Origin: Chiloscyllium plagiosum
Lineage: Eukaryota
Assembly: GCF_004010195.1 (NCBI RefSeq)
Contig: NC_057755.1
Span: 9,589,306-9,648,931 of the forward strand
Direction: 5' to 3'
Length of the DNA stretch: 59,626 bases
Below, one piece after another: positions 48,647 to 59,626 of this stretch. Position numbers and translations under genes: made by a program. Positions within the stretch are counted from its first letter, which is position 1. Each line of letters starts with the position of its first letter. The notes under the pieces were generated by a model. It was not told the DNA's origin and did not search any database. It saw only the letters and a list, made by a program, of their open reading frames with translations.

Positions 48647-50492
48647 GCTCCTGCCCGACCTATTGTCTCAGCATGGTCCTGCTCCACTAAACTCAATTCT
48701 ACCTCGACACTGTCCTATCCCCCTCGTCCAGGAACTCCCTACATATGTTCGAGACACTACCCACGTCCTCCACCTCCTCCAAGATTTCCGTTTCCCGGCC
48801 CCCAACGTCTCATCTTTACCATGGATATCCAGTCCCTCCACACCTCCATCCGCCATGACCAGGGCCTACAATCCCTCGTTTTCTTCCTCTCCCGACGTCC
48901 CCAAAAGTACCCTTTCACCAGCACTCTCATTCGTTTGGGCGAACTGGTCCTCACCCTATATAATTTCTTCTTCGAATCCTCCCACTTCCTCGAGACCAAA
49001 AGGCTAGCCATGGGCACCCGTATGGGACCCAGCTATGCCTGTCTCTTTGTTGGCTCCGTAGAACAGTTTATCTTCCGTAATTACACCGGCACCACTCCCC
49101 ACCTCTTCCTCCGCTACATTGATGACTGCATTGGCGCTACCTCCTGCTCCTGTGAGGTGGTTCAGCAATTCATCAACTTCACCAACACATTCCACCCTGA
49201 CATTAAATTTACCTGGACCATCTCTGACACCTCCCTCACTTTCCTGGACCTCTCCATCTCCATTAATGAAGACCGACTTGACACCGACATTTCTTACAAA
49301 CCCACCGACTCCCACAGCTACCTGGATTACACTTCTTCCCAACCTACCTCCTGCAAAAATGCCATCCCGTATTCCCAATTCCTCCGCCTCCGCCGATTCT
49401 GCTCCCAGGAGGACCAGTTCCACCACAGAACACACCAGATGGCTCCTTCTTTACAGACTGCTATTTCCCTTCCCACGTGGTTAAGGATGCCCCCCAACGC
49501 ATCTTGTCCACATCCCGCACCTCCGCCCTCACACCCCACCCCTCCAACCGTAACAAGGACAGAACTCCCCTCGTGCTCACCTTCCACCCTACCAACCTTC
49601 GCATAAACCAAATCATCCACCAACATTTCCACCACCTCCAAACGGACCCCAACACCAGGGACATATTTCCCTCCCCACCCCTTTCCACCTTCGACAACGG
49701 CCGTTCCCCGTGACTACCTGGTCAGGTTCACGCCCCCCACATCCCTCCCTCTCGTCCTGGAACCTTCCCGTGCCACCACGGGAAATGCAAAGCTTGCATT
49801 CACACCGTTGCCCCCAGCTCACCTCCATCCAAGGCCGTAAAGGAGCCTTCCACATACATCAAAGTTTTACTTGCACATCCACCAATATTGTTTATTGTAT
49901 CCGTTGCTCCCGATGCGGTCTCCTCTTCATTGGGGAGACTGGACGTCTCCTCACAGAGCGCTTAAGGGAACTTCTCTGGGATACCCACACCAATCAACCA
50001 CATCGCCCTGTGGCCAAACATTTCAACCTATCCCTACACTCTGCCGAGGACATGGAGGCCCTGGGCCTCCTTCACCGCCGCTCCCTCAGCCCAATACTTC
50101 AACACTAGGGCATCGATGTGGACTTCAACCGTTTCCTCATTTCCCCTTCCTCCACCTCGCCCCAGTTCCAAACTTCCAGCTCAGCACTGTCCCCATGACT
50201 TGTCCTACCTACCTATCTTCTTTTCGACCTATGCATTGTACCCTCCTCCCTGACCTATCATCTTTATCCCCTCCCCCACTCACCTATTGTACTCTATGCT
50301 ACTTTCTCCCCACCACCAATTCCCCGCTCATTTATCTCTCCACCCTTCACGCACTCTGCCTGTATTGCTGATGAAGGGTTTTTACCCGTAACGTCGATTT
50401 TATGCTCCTCAGATGCTGCCTGAACTGCTGTGCTTTTCCAGCACCACTAATCCAGAATCTGGTCTCCAGCATCTGCAGTATTTGTTTGTACC
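48647..50492 (+). mobile_element. 5'-truncated Penelope-like element (Neptune-like by inference): RT, Cys-rich linker, GIY-YIG, terminal repeat
   Basis: MDIQSLHTSI...AMGTRMGPSYA...LRYIDDCIG; NIVYCIRCSRCGLLFIGETGR...ERLRE; hammerhead remnant ctgatgaagggtttttacccgtaacgtc at about 50368-50395; possible duplication tatgtac(c)agat at 48635-48646 and 50493-50503. Confidence 0.93.
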
Positions 50493-51304
50493 TATGTACA
50501 GATAAGTGTCCTTTCTCAATGATTCTCTCTCAGTGAGTTCACTTTCCATCACTTAATGCGCTGGCAAAAAAAAAACAGCTATCTCGGTAATACTCATTGT
50601 TTGTTTTTGTAATCAAAACTCTCCGAAATTTGTGGTCTTCAACTTCACAACTTACCAGAAGTATTTTGACTTGAACACCCGAAACTTAATCGTGTATACC
50701 ATTGGGAGTCTGCATATATCCCTAATAAATATATGTTGAAGATCAGTTATTTTCAGAAAGAAATGGAATGAAGCAGGGATGTATGCAGGGGACAGTTGAC
50801 TTGAATCACTCTCCCGTTACAAACTATGTCTCCAGAAAGCCAGTTTATTTGTGAGATGTTTCACGATTCAGAATTTTCTGATGTTCTGATATTTGCATTG
50901 TCCAGCCTTGCAACTATTTCACGATCAGGACCTGGAAAAATCTGTGGAAAAAAAAAAACAGAATCAACATTTCGTGTACAACAACATTTCTTCAAAATTG
51001 AAGAACATGCAGTGTGTTAGTTTAATAATGGCATATCCTCCACACCACTTCCATTTCTTTTTGGTTGGAAATTTAAAGTTGATCAGCATTTATGAGCGTT
51101 TATTTTGGACTGCTGTTTTGTATATTCCATCATATCTACTAGCAACTGACATTACCTGTATGCTTCCTAACGGCATTAGTTTATGCCTTGTGCAGGGCTC
51201 ACCGATGCAGAATTCATGCACAAAGAGAACAGGCGTTGAAGTGAAGTTATGTCAATATAAAATTACCTTAGTCCCACACTCTCATGAGAGATGAACAACT
51301 CTTA

Positions 51305-54300
51305 TGTTTTGTCCTGAGGCACACTGCTTCACTCCAACTAGAAGGATGAATAATCATGCTGTCCTGGATCAAATGTAACTTTCTCAAGATATATTAAGAA
51401 AATAGCCGAGACACTTCTTTTTCTTCTCTTAAATGTACATGTCAGGATTTGATATTCATATGCATTTAAACTAGTCAAGTTTCCAGATTTGAAGCAAAGC
51501 ACACTTTCTAAAAAACAGAAATTACACCCAAAGAAAGAATAAATAAAGAATTAGCTTACATGTAAATCTACCAAAATACGTAACAGAGTAATAGATACTG
51601 TAACTATGACATATTAACTGTTGCAAAACAGTAAAATCACATAAACATACGCTGAGCAAAGGCAAATATAGAGAATTAGATTGTCTTACATGCAGGACCA
51701 ACAGCAAGAAATCATCAAAAGAAAACTTTGAGACACTGTCGCTGGGAAAAATGCACTGCAGCTTCCAAACTGTGGCCAGAGCACAGATTCTACGGCTACT
51801 ATTGAAAAATCAAACGAAAAAAAATCTCATTCTATGTGAACTTGGCAACACCCATTCAGACTGGTTCTATTCATCCAAGTGAAGGAAATGACCTCAAGCC
51901 TTCTTACCAGTATTCAATACACAGTTCAGCCGCTCTGCTTAAAACTCTTCTTCAACAATAAAAAAAGGAGAAAATACAGCTCATAAAGTCATAGAATCGT
52001 CACACCTCCCTCTGAAGTAATGAACTATCAATACAACTAAATGGAAAGAACTGTGGCTGCTGTATATCACCAAAAAACGAAGAGCAAGAAGTTTCTGGAA
52101 AAGTTCAGCCAGTTTGGCAGCATCTGTGAAGAAATATTCCAGTTAACGTTTTATGTTCAGTGACGCTTCCTCAGATTATACAATGGCGTGTCAATTTTTT
52201 CAAACTATCAAGCTTAATATGTAAGTACAGTACAATACATGTAGTGTACATGGAAATCACTCTAACCATGAAAATATTGACCACTACTATCTACTGCAAT
52301 CCATTTCTTAATACCAGTGAACGCGTCCATCTTCTTTCCAATGAAGTCATGTCAACATGTCGGGAATTACATTTGCTAGTACTGATGTGCTTATTTTTCT
52401 CGTTGAATGGCAGCAATAATAAGCTCCATCAAAATATTCTGGAATTCGTATACTTAACATGCTTCAAAACTATGAGGTTTTATGACTTGTACGTACAAAT
52501 ATTTAAGACACCTTACTAGAAATATACATATTGAAAATTTGCAACTCAAACACCAACATCAGGATCTCTTCCTCATCAATTGAATATTTCCGTTGGTGAT
52601 GATCCAAATTTCTGAAGAAATACACAGGAGGTTTCCTAACTTCTTTTGAACGTCTTTAGAGAGTATAAGACTGACATCCACATCATTCATGTCAATAACC
52701 ACTCTGTCAGGCTTTCTACAATAAGGTGTTGATAACGTTGGGGTAGATTTCAGACTGTCTTCTGAAATACCATTATCCAGTCAATTTTTCTTCACTTCTT
52801 CAATAATTCAGTGAAGCAACTCACTGGTAAAATTCAACATTCACATCCAATAAAAACCATTTCGCCCCATGAATCAAAATACGTCCTTCTTTGTTGATGG
52901 TATGGGACATTCCCCAACAATATTTGTTTTCACATCCCGTGGGGACCTCTGTCCATGTCTAAGGAACGTGACTTGGACATTTTCTAATGCAATTTATCTA
53001 CGTTTCTCACTAAGCCCTCTTCTCGTCGGTGATTGAACAATTCGGATAGATGCTCCAACTGTTTCTTCCATGGGTGACAAGGATCACTAGGCTATCGATG
53101 TACACTATACAATTGGGTAATCGCGAAATACCAATATAGGCTTAAGTTTAAAATATGTCTCGTGAATGATCGATTGTGCACGATTTTGAATTGGTACAGT
53201 CCACTCCGTGCCATGGAAGAGGAATTTTTTTTGTTAAAAGTATCTGTCAATGTCCTCAGACCAGTCGATTTTAGAATTATAAATTCGTCTGTCTCACTTC
53301 CTCAATACACTCTTCCAAACACGAATGAGGATGTAAATCATAATTTGGAATTGCACTGACTTGGTGATGGGGCACACATATTCGTGAAGTACCATATGGT
53401 TTTGGCGCTTTTACTATTGGGTAAGCTCCAGTTATTGTGATCACATTGGCAATGGTGCCTTTGACATACATTCACTCTCTTTTTGAACGCGCACAAACTT
53501 TACAGGGTTAAGTCTGTAAGGATGTTGCGTAATTGTAAGGGCGTTCCTATACCTACATCAAGCATATTGAAATGAGTACTTCCCAGCTTATTTCCACGTC
53601 TCTGCATGTGACTGCAATCATTCTTTCTGATTATTTTGATTTTCCTCTGGAAGCTAATTTATTAATTTATCTTATTTTATGAGAACTTCCTTATTGTCCA
53701 AATGAATCTGAGGAATATTCCATTCAGAAACACCTGGAATTTGTTCCTCAATCTGTATTGGAAAATGTTCTCATTCTGCTTTCATTCCCGATCGAAATTA
53801 TTTTTCAGCATAATCACGTGACTCCATGCATCCTGAGACAATACCTTCCAAACCCATACTACTTATACCTAGAAAGACAAACGCTGCAGTCAGTTGAGAA
53901 CACCACCACTTGCACGTTCCCCTCCAAGTCACTGACCGCCATTTCTTCACAATCGTTGGATCAAAATCATGGAATTCCCTCCCGACCAGCATTGTGGGAC
54001 AACCCACAGCATGTCGACTGCAGTGATTCAAGAAGACAGATTACTATTACCTTTTGAAGCGCAAATAGGAATGGGCGGTCATCGCTTTGTCATCCAGCGA
54101 CGCCCAAGACCCGCCAAGTAATTTTTTTAACAAAACCTGAACGAATTATTTCTATCCGGCGTTGTTATGAAGTCATTCACCTCCCTCAACTTTCGTACTA
54201 TTGATATGGCCCATAAGTTGTGCTTTTAAAGGTTGTCCTACCTACTGGAAGTAACATTAACACTTTAACTCGACGTGCAGAATTGTGCACTTTTGATTTC

Positions 54301-54720
54301 TTGTCTGCTTTCTACGTCATCTCATGCTATGCAAATTTAAAATGTGTTGAACGATTTCACCTGCTGTATTTTATTTATTGCCTGAAATTTGACACATTTT
54401 TCAAATGTGTGTTTTCTAAACTCTGACACACCAATGTTTCCTTAATTCATTTCAATGAACCTCTCACCACATGCTCAAAAGACGAATTCAAATGGGCTGA
54501 ATATGTTTGATTCACGAGGTGTATCCCTAACTGCAAGAAGTTACAAATGGAATTCCTTTATTCCAGTTCTTGTGGCAGTTTGGAATATAAGCCCTGTTCG
54601 TGGTCTTTCCAGATCAATGCCACCATTCTAATGTTTGTCAGATTCTGGGTAGAAGATAATGGATTTGCATGGCATTATTCGTAAATTAACCAAAAACTGG
54701 CCTTCATTGTTCGTTAGGAG
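51305..54720 (-). mobile_element. Degenerate Gmr1-type Gypsy LTR retrotransposon: integrase, RT, RNase H, PPT, 3' LTR (51305-52004)
   Basis: Minus strand: FYPES...NWNKGIPFV...FSPFEFVF (integrase, about 54680-54400), then QHPYRLNP and PIVKAPKPYGTSRICV (RT, about 53530-52750), an RNase H region, purine tract agagggagg (52013-52005), then a TGTGA...ACA LTR. Confidence 0.8.
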
Positions 54721-54728
54721 TGAGTAAC

Positions 54729-54730
<2 letters not shown>

Positions 54731-54794
<64 letters not shown>
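54731..54794. repeat. (AG)n microsatellite
   Basis: Read directly from the sequence. Confidence 0.95.
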
Positions 54795-54797
<3 letters not shown>

Positions 54798-55169
54798 AAG
54801 GTGCATATGGGAAGTTAGATTTTTTCATTTAAAACATGCGTACCTTGAGAGACAGTGGCCTTCATTTTCGGGAGGGGCGACGCATCAAAGACCAAAGGGC
54901 TACTGGAAAGGTAATTTTTCCCAATGAAGGGGAATAACTTCGATCTTCAGTGGTTTTCATGTTCCGGAGGAGTGAGAGCGAGAGGACCAGGGTAGATGGG
55001 AAAGTAAATTTCTCTCTTGAAAGGGATTTATCTTGAGCTTCAGCGGTCTTCATTTGCAGCCACGGTGAGAGCGAGGAGATGAGTGGGAACGGTTGAATTG
55101 CGATCTGGGAAGGTGAGTTAGCTGATACATTTGGGCTGTGTCGTAAGACGAGACATTACAAGTGTTGTA

Positions 55170-55500
55170 AAAAGTGAAGACTGCAGATGCTGGGGATCGG
55201 AGATGGAGTCATGGAGACATGGAGATATACAGCATGGAAACAGACTTTTCGTTGCGACCCGTCCATGCTGAAAAGATATTCCAACCCATTCTAGTCCCAC
55301 CCTCAAGTACCTGGCTCATATCCCTCCAAAACCTTCCCATCTGCTTTCCCCGAAGCCCCAATCCAACTTCCATTTATCAATCACAAACTGTGGTCCACCA
55401 GATTCATTCCTGATGAAGGGAGTCAACCTGAAAAGTGAATTATTCAGCTCCTCGAATTTTGCCTGACCTGATGCCCTTTTGCAGCATTCTACTCTTGATT
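55170..55500. mobile_element. Old PLE terminal-repeat element interrupted by a CR1 tail
   Basis: aaagtgaagactgcagatgctgg on the left; cctgatgaagggagtcaacctgaaa...gcctgacctg on the right. Confidence 0.55.
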
Positions 55501-58420
55501 ACACGTGTAGGGTCCCCAGCCGCTCTCCTTCTCTAACCAAATCATGAACTCGGTGGTGTGTTAGTAAGGTAATGTTTTGTTAATTTCTTTTTTTTACACG
55601 CGTGATTTCTTTTCTTGACTAAACTAACTAAGCTTAAAATAGAAGGATATCTCAGACCCGTTTTATGCTCTTATGATTAATCTGGGAGCTCGGGGACACA
55701 GCTGATGTCCCTAATTCTGTAATGGGCAGAAAGTTTGTTCCGCTGCGCCTTTTGTAAAACTGCATGAAGTCTGTGGAGCTGTGGATGGGCTCACTTGGAA
55801 AAATACACAATGTTGAGGGGTTCATGGACAGCACGTTTATTAAATTGAACACACTGCAAATTAGTATTGCTGAGGGAGAAAGGGACATGTGACCGAACGG
55901 GAGGGAAAGAGCAGGACAGCATCGCAGACGTCGCCTGTGGTCATCTCTCTCCTCAGCAGGTATACCGTCTTGTTTACTGTTGGGGAAGATGGGTCACCGG
56001 GGAAGGCAGCAGTAACTAGGTTCATGGCAAAGTGATAGGCTCTGCTGTACAGAAGGACGGGAAACAGTTTGGAATGGCTAATGTCATAGGGAATTCAATC
56101 GAAAGCGGAGTAGGTAGGCGAGTCTGTTGTCAAAAACGAAACTCAGAAATGATGTGTTGCCTCCCAGGTGCACGGGTCAGGCTTGTCTCAAATTGTCCTT
56201 TGAATAGTCTGAAGGTTGAGGGGAGGGGATGCAGGTGGTGAACAGACAGTTGTTGTGGTGCATAAAAGGCACCAACGATAGAGGTAGAAAATGGGGTGAG
56301 GTCCGACAAGTAGAATGTAGACAGGAGGAGCCAAGTTAAAAAGTAGAACCTCAAATTTAGTAATCTCAGGATTGCTACCAGTGCCACGTGCTAATTGGAT
56401 AAGCAATGAAAGAAAAGGCAGGATGGACGCGTGCCTTGAGAGATGTTACAGGATGGAATTCTTGGGGAGGGGAAGATATTAGAAAGTGAATGTTGTACAC
56501 CTGGGCCACACTGGAAGCAAGGTCCTTGGCGTTGCTTTTGCTAACGCTGCTGGGAATGATTTACTTTAATGTGGCAGGGGGTTGGGAACAAATTGAGGAC
56601 TTTATTGGGCAGTAAAAAGGTAGTAACTAAAACCTGTAAGGACCGAGATAATCAAGTAAACTTGACTAAGTAGAATAGCAGGCAGGGAGGAGATGATAAA
56701 TGTAAAGTGACTAGTGGTTTGAGGTGCATTTGTTTTAATGCAAGAAATGTAGTAGGTAATTCAGATGAAATCAAGGGTTTTGATTATTACTGGGCAGTAT
56801 GCTGTTATTGTTATTTACTGAGACTTGGTTGAAAGAAGGGCATGATTGGCAACTATATATCCCAGTACATCGATGTTGCTTCTGGGATAGAAAAGGAGTT
56901 AAAAGGGGTTGTCGGCATGTATTATTGCTCAAAGAGGATAATTCAGCCTCTTTGGACGACTGGAGAAGTGAGGAAATATGGAAATATGTGCAGCGCTGGG
57001 AATAGGAAGAGTGCCGGAACAATGTTGGGGTGGAACGATAAGTTGATGAATAGCACGCATGCAATAGAGTTATAAACACGTGAACACATTATGCAAAGAT
57101 GTAGGGGTTTTTAATTATCCCAACATTGATTGGGTTTTCACGTAATATTAGACCTCGAGATGAAGCAGTGTTTGTAATGAGCTTCCAGGAGGGAATTCCA
57201 GAGCAGTTTGCAAATAGTCCAACTCGTTAAGGGGCCATACTCGATCTGGTGTTGGGGAATGATCTCAGCCAGGTGTTTAAAGTTTCAGTCGAGAATTGTT
57301 TTGGGAATAGTGATTACAATTCCATAAGTTTTAGAATACTCATGGACATAGAGAAGAAAGTTCATATAGTAAGACTGCTAATTTGGGGGTAGGCAAACTA
57401 TACCAAAATTAGGCAGGGAATGGGGAATGTGGATTGAGAGCAGCTATTTGAAGGGAAAACCACATTTGATATGCGGGAGGCTTACACACTGATGTTGATT
57501 AGAATGAAGGAGATCCATGTTCCTGTAAAAATGAGGGATAGAAATAACAAGATTAGGGAACCATGGATGAAAGGTGAAATTGTGAGGCGACTTAAGAGGA
57601 AAAGGAAAACATGCATAAAGCTTAGATGACTAAAGACAGGCGAAGCTATGGATGATTGTTAGGAATGTAGAGATAATCTGAAAAGAGGAATTAAGAAGGC
57701 TAGCAGGGATCATGCGATATATTTAGGAAACAGGGTTATGGAAAATTCCAAAGACTTTTATTTATATTTACGTTGCAAGAGGTTAGCTAGGGAAAGGGTT
57801 GGTCCTCTCAAAAACATAGGAGGAAAGTTATACGTGGATTCAGAGAAAATGGGTGAGATCCTTACTGAGTACGTTGCATCATTATACACTGACAAGAGGG
57901 AGATGTTGGATGCTGAGATTAGAGATAGATGTTTGATTAGTTTAGGTCAAGTTGGGATCAGGAGAGAGGAAGTGTTGGGTATTCTATATGATATTAAGTT
58001 GGGCAAGTACCTTGATCAAGATGGGATCACTTCCAGAATACTGAGTGCAAAAAGAGATGGACTGGTTGTGGCCTTAACAGATATCTTTGTAGCATCATTG
58101 ATAACGAGTGAGGTCCTGGAGAATTGCTGATGCAGTACCTTGCTGAAAAAGGGGAGCAGAGATAATCTAGGAAATTAAACACCAGTTAGTCTGACGTCGG
58201 TGGTAGGAAAGGTGCTTGGAGAAGATACTGATGGATAGGATCTTACTCCCATTTGAAAGAAGATGCGCTTATCAGTAATAAGCAACGTGCAGGGGAGGTC
58301 ATGTCTTCCCAACTTAATAGAATTCTTTGACGAAGTGACAAAGTTGATTGATAATGGAAGGACAATAAATGCCATGTAAATAGATTTCAATGTGGAATTT
58401 GTTAAGGTTCCCCACAGTAG

Positions 58421-58890
58421 TGTTACAACAAGAGGTATACTCTCCTGCTTCATTTAAAACCAGCAACCCAGAAAAAGATATATACCGTGCAATAACCTGT
58501 AAAAAATCGAATGACCAAGAAAAATGTAAAGTAAAACTTAACAACTTTATTTCTTACAATATAAATGAGAATTAATAACTAATCATCATTTATAAATTAT
58601 TTCTCTACTCTACATTTTATCTTCTCTTCTATTATACTATTCCGATAAACCTCCCAATTAATATTTACAAAACAACATTTCTTATCTCAAAACAGGCTTA
58701 TCAAAATATGTTCTTGTTTTTGGATCTTCCCGTGTCTTCTTTTCTCTTTGTTAGGAATTTCTGCGTCAGAGGTTACTGATCGAAAAGATACTTTTAAGAG
58801 AGAGGTCTTTTCAAGCAATCTGGTGCATGTTAGGCTTTGCAGTTCTCCTCTCAACTGTTCAATTTGGCACCGGTCTTACACCCCAGTCAG
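58421..58890. mobile_element. Probable solo-LTR-like insertion within the CR1
   Basis: AT-rich block starting tgttac that replaces CR1 RT sequence between KVPH and the DD motif. Confidence 0.4.
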
Positions 58891-58967
58891 ATGATCTAGT
58901 TTGAAGGTGACACTACGATTGATGAAGTAGCAGGTAGTGAAGAGGACTGTCAATGAATACAGGAGAA

Positions 58968-59257
58968 TTAGATTAGATTAAATTGCTTACAGTGTGGAAA
59001 CCGGCCGTCAGCCCAACAAGTCCACATCAACCCACTGAAGCGCAACCCACCCAGATCCATTCCCCTACATTTACCCCTTCACCTAAAACTGCAGGCAATT
59101 TAGCCTAACCGGCATATTTTTGGATTGTAGGAGGAAACCCACGCTGACACGGGAAGAATGCATAAACTCCACACAGAGATTCGCCTGCAGTGGGAATTGA
59201 ACCCGGGTCTCTGGCATTATCAAGCATCAGTGCTAACCACTGTGCCACCGTGCCACC
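58968..59257 (-). mobile_element. HE1-type V-SINE inserted in the CR1
   Basis: Reverse complement of the 19186-19510 family (gtgctaaccactgtgccaccgtgcc; ttagattagatt tail). Confidence 0.9.
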
Positions 59258-59626
59258 TAATAAAGACAGCTTGGAGAGTTGGGCAGTGAAATAACGGATG
59301 GTGATCGATCCGAGCAAATATGGTGTGATACACATTGGAAGATTCAAATTAAAGAGCAAACTGCACAGTAAATGGAAAAGCTATGGGGAAAATTGATGTC
59401 CAGTGGGTTCTGAGTGTTCAGGTACATTTTTCCCTGAAGATGGCAACGCAGGTCAATGAGCAGTCAAGAAGGCATACACCGTGCTTTCCTTCATCGGATG
59501 GGATATTGATTACGAGAGTGGACAGTTGGAAAAGATTTCTGTTACACCACATTTGGAACACTGTGTACAGTTCTGGTCGCCACATTACCGAAAGGATGCA
59601 GCATTCTTTGTAGAGATTGCAAAGGA

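Larger units (their letters stand above)
55560..59626 (+). mobile_element. Near full-length degenerate CR1 LINE (ORF1 esterase, endonuclease, RT) running off the window
   Basis: VIGNSIESG...MCCLPGARVR, TETWLKEGHDWQL, ENSKDFYLYLR...RVGPL and [12 protein letters not shown]; interrupted at 58421-58890 and by an HE1 SINE. Confidence 0.85.

Overview
Repeat-dense vertebrate genomic DNA with one 363-N assembly gap (30117-30479). The HE1-type V-SINEs and the CR1 and Penelope repertoire point to a shark; this is an inference. The only host-gene content is a tandem array of two-exon GPR139/GPR142-like class A GPCR genes on the + strand. One copy looks intact (exon 1 32791-32854, exon 2 36554-37467, about 325 aa, lacking the TM2 Asp). 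The other is a pseudogene (14769-23800) whose exon 2 is split by a 6.7-kb nested Penelope/CR1/SINE insertion. The rest is CR1 LINEs, at least three Penelope-like (PLE) families, two Gmr1-type Gypsy remnants, a Rex1 fragment, SINEs and simple repeats. The most unusual features are short palindromic PLE-derived mini-elements that carry minimal hammerhead ribozyme motifs and are bounded by 15-16 bp direct repeats, and an old inverted duplication with convergent CTCF-like motifs upstream of the GPCR pseudogene. Edges of degenerate repeats are approximate, and all alignments were made by eye.
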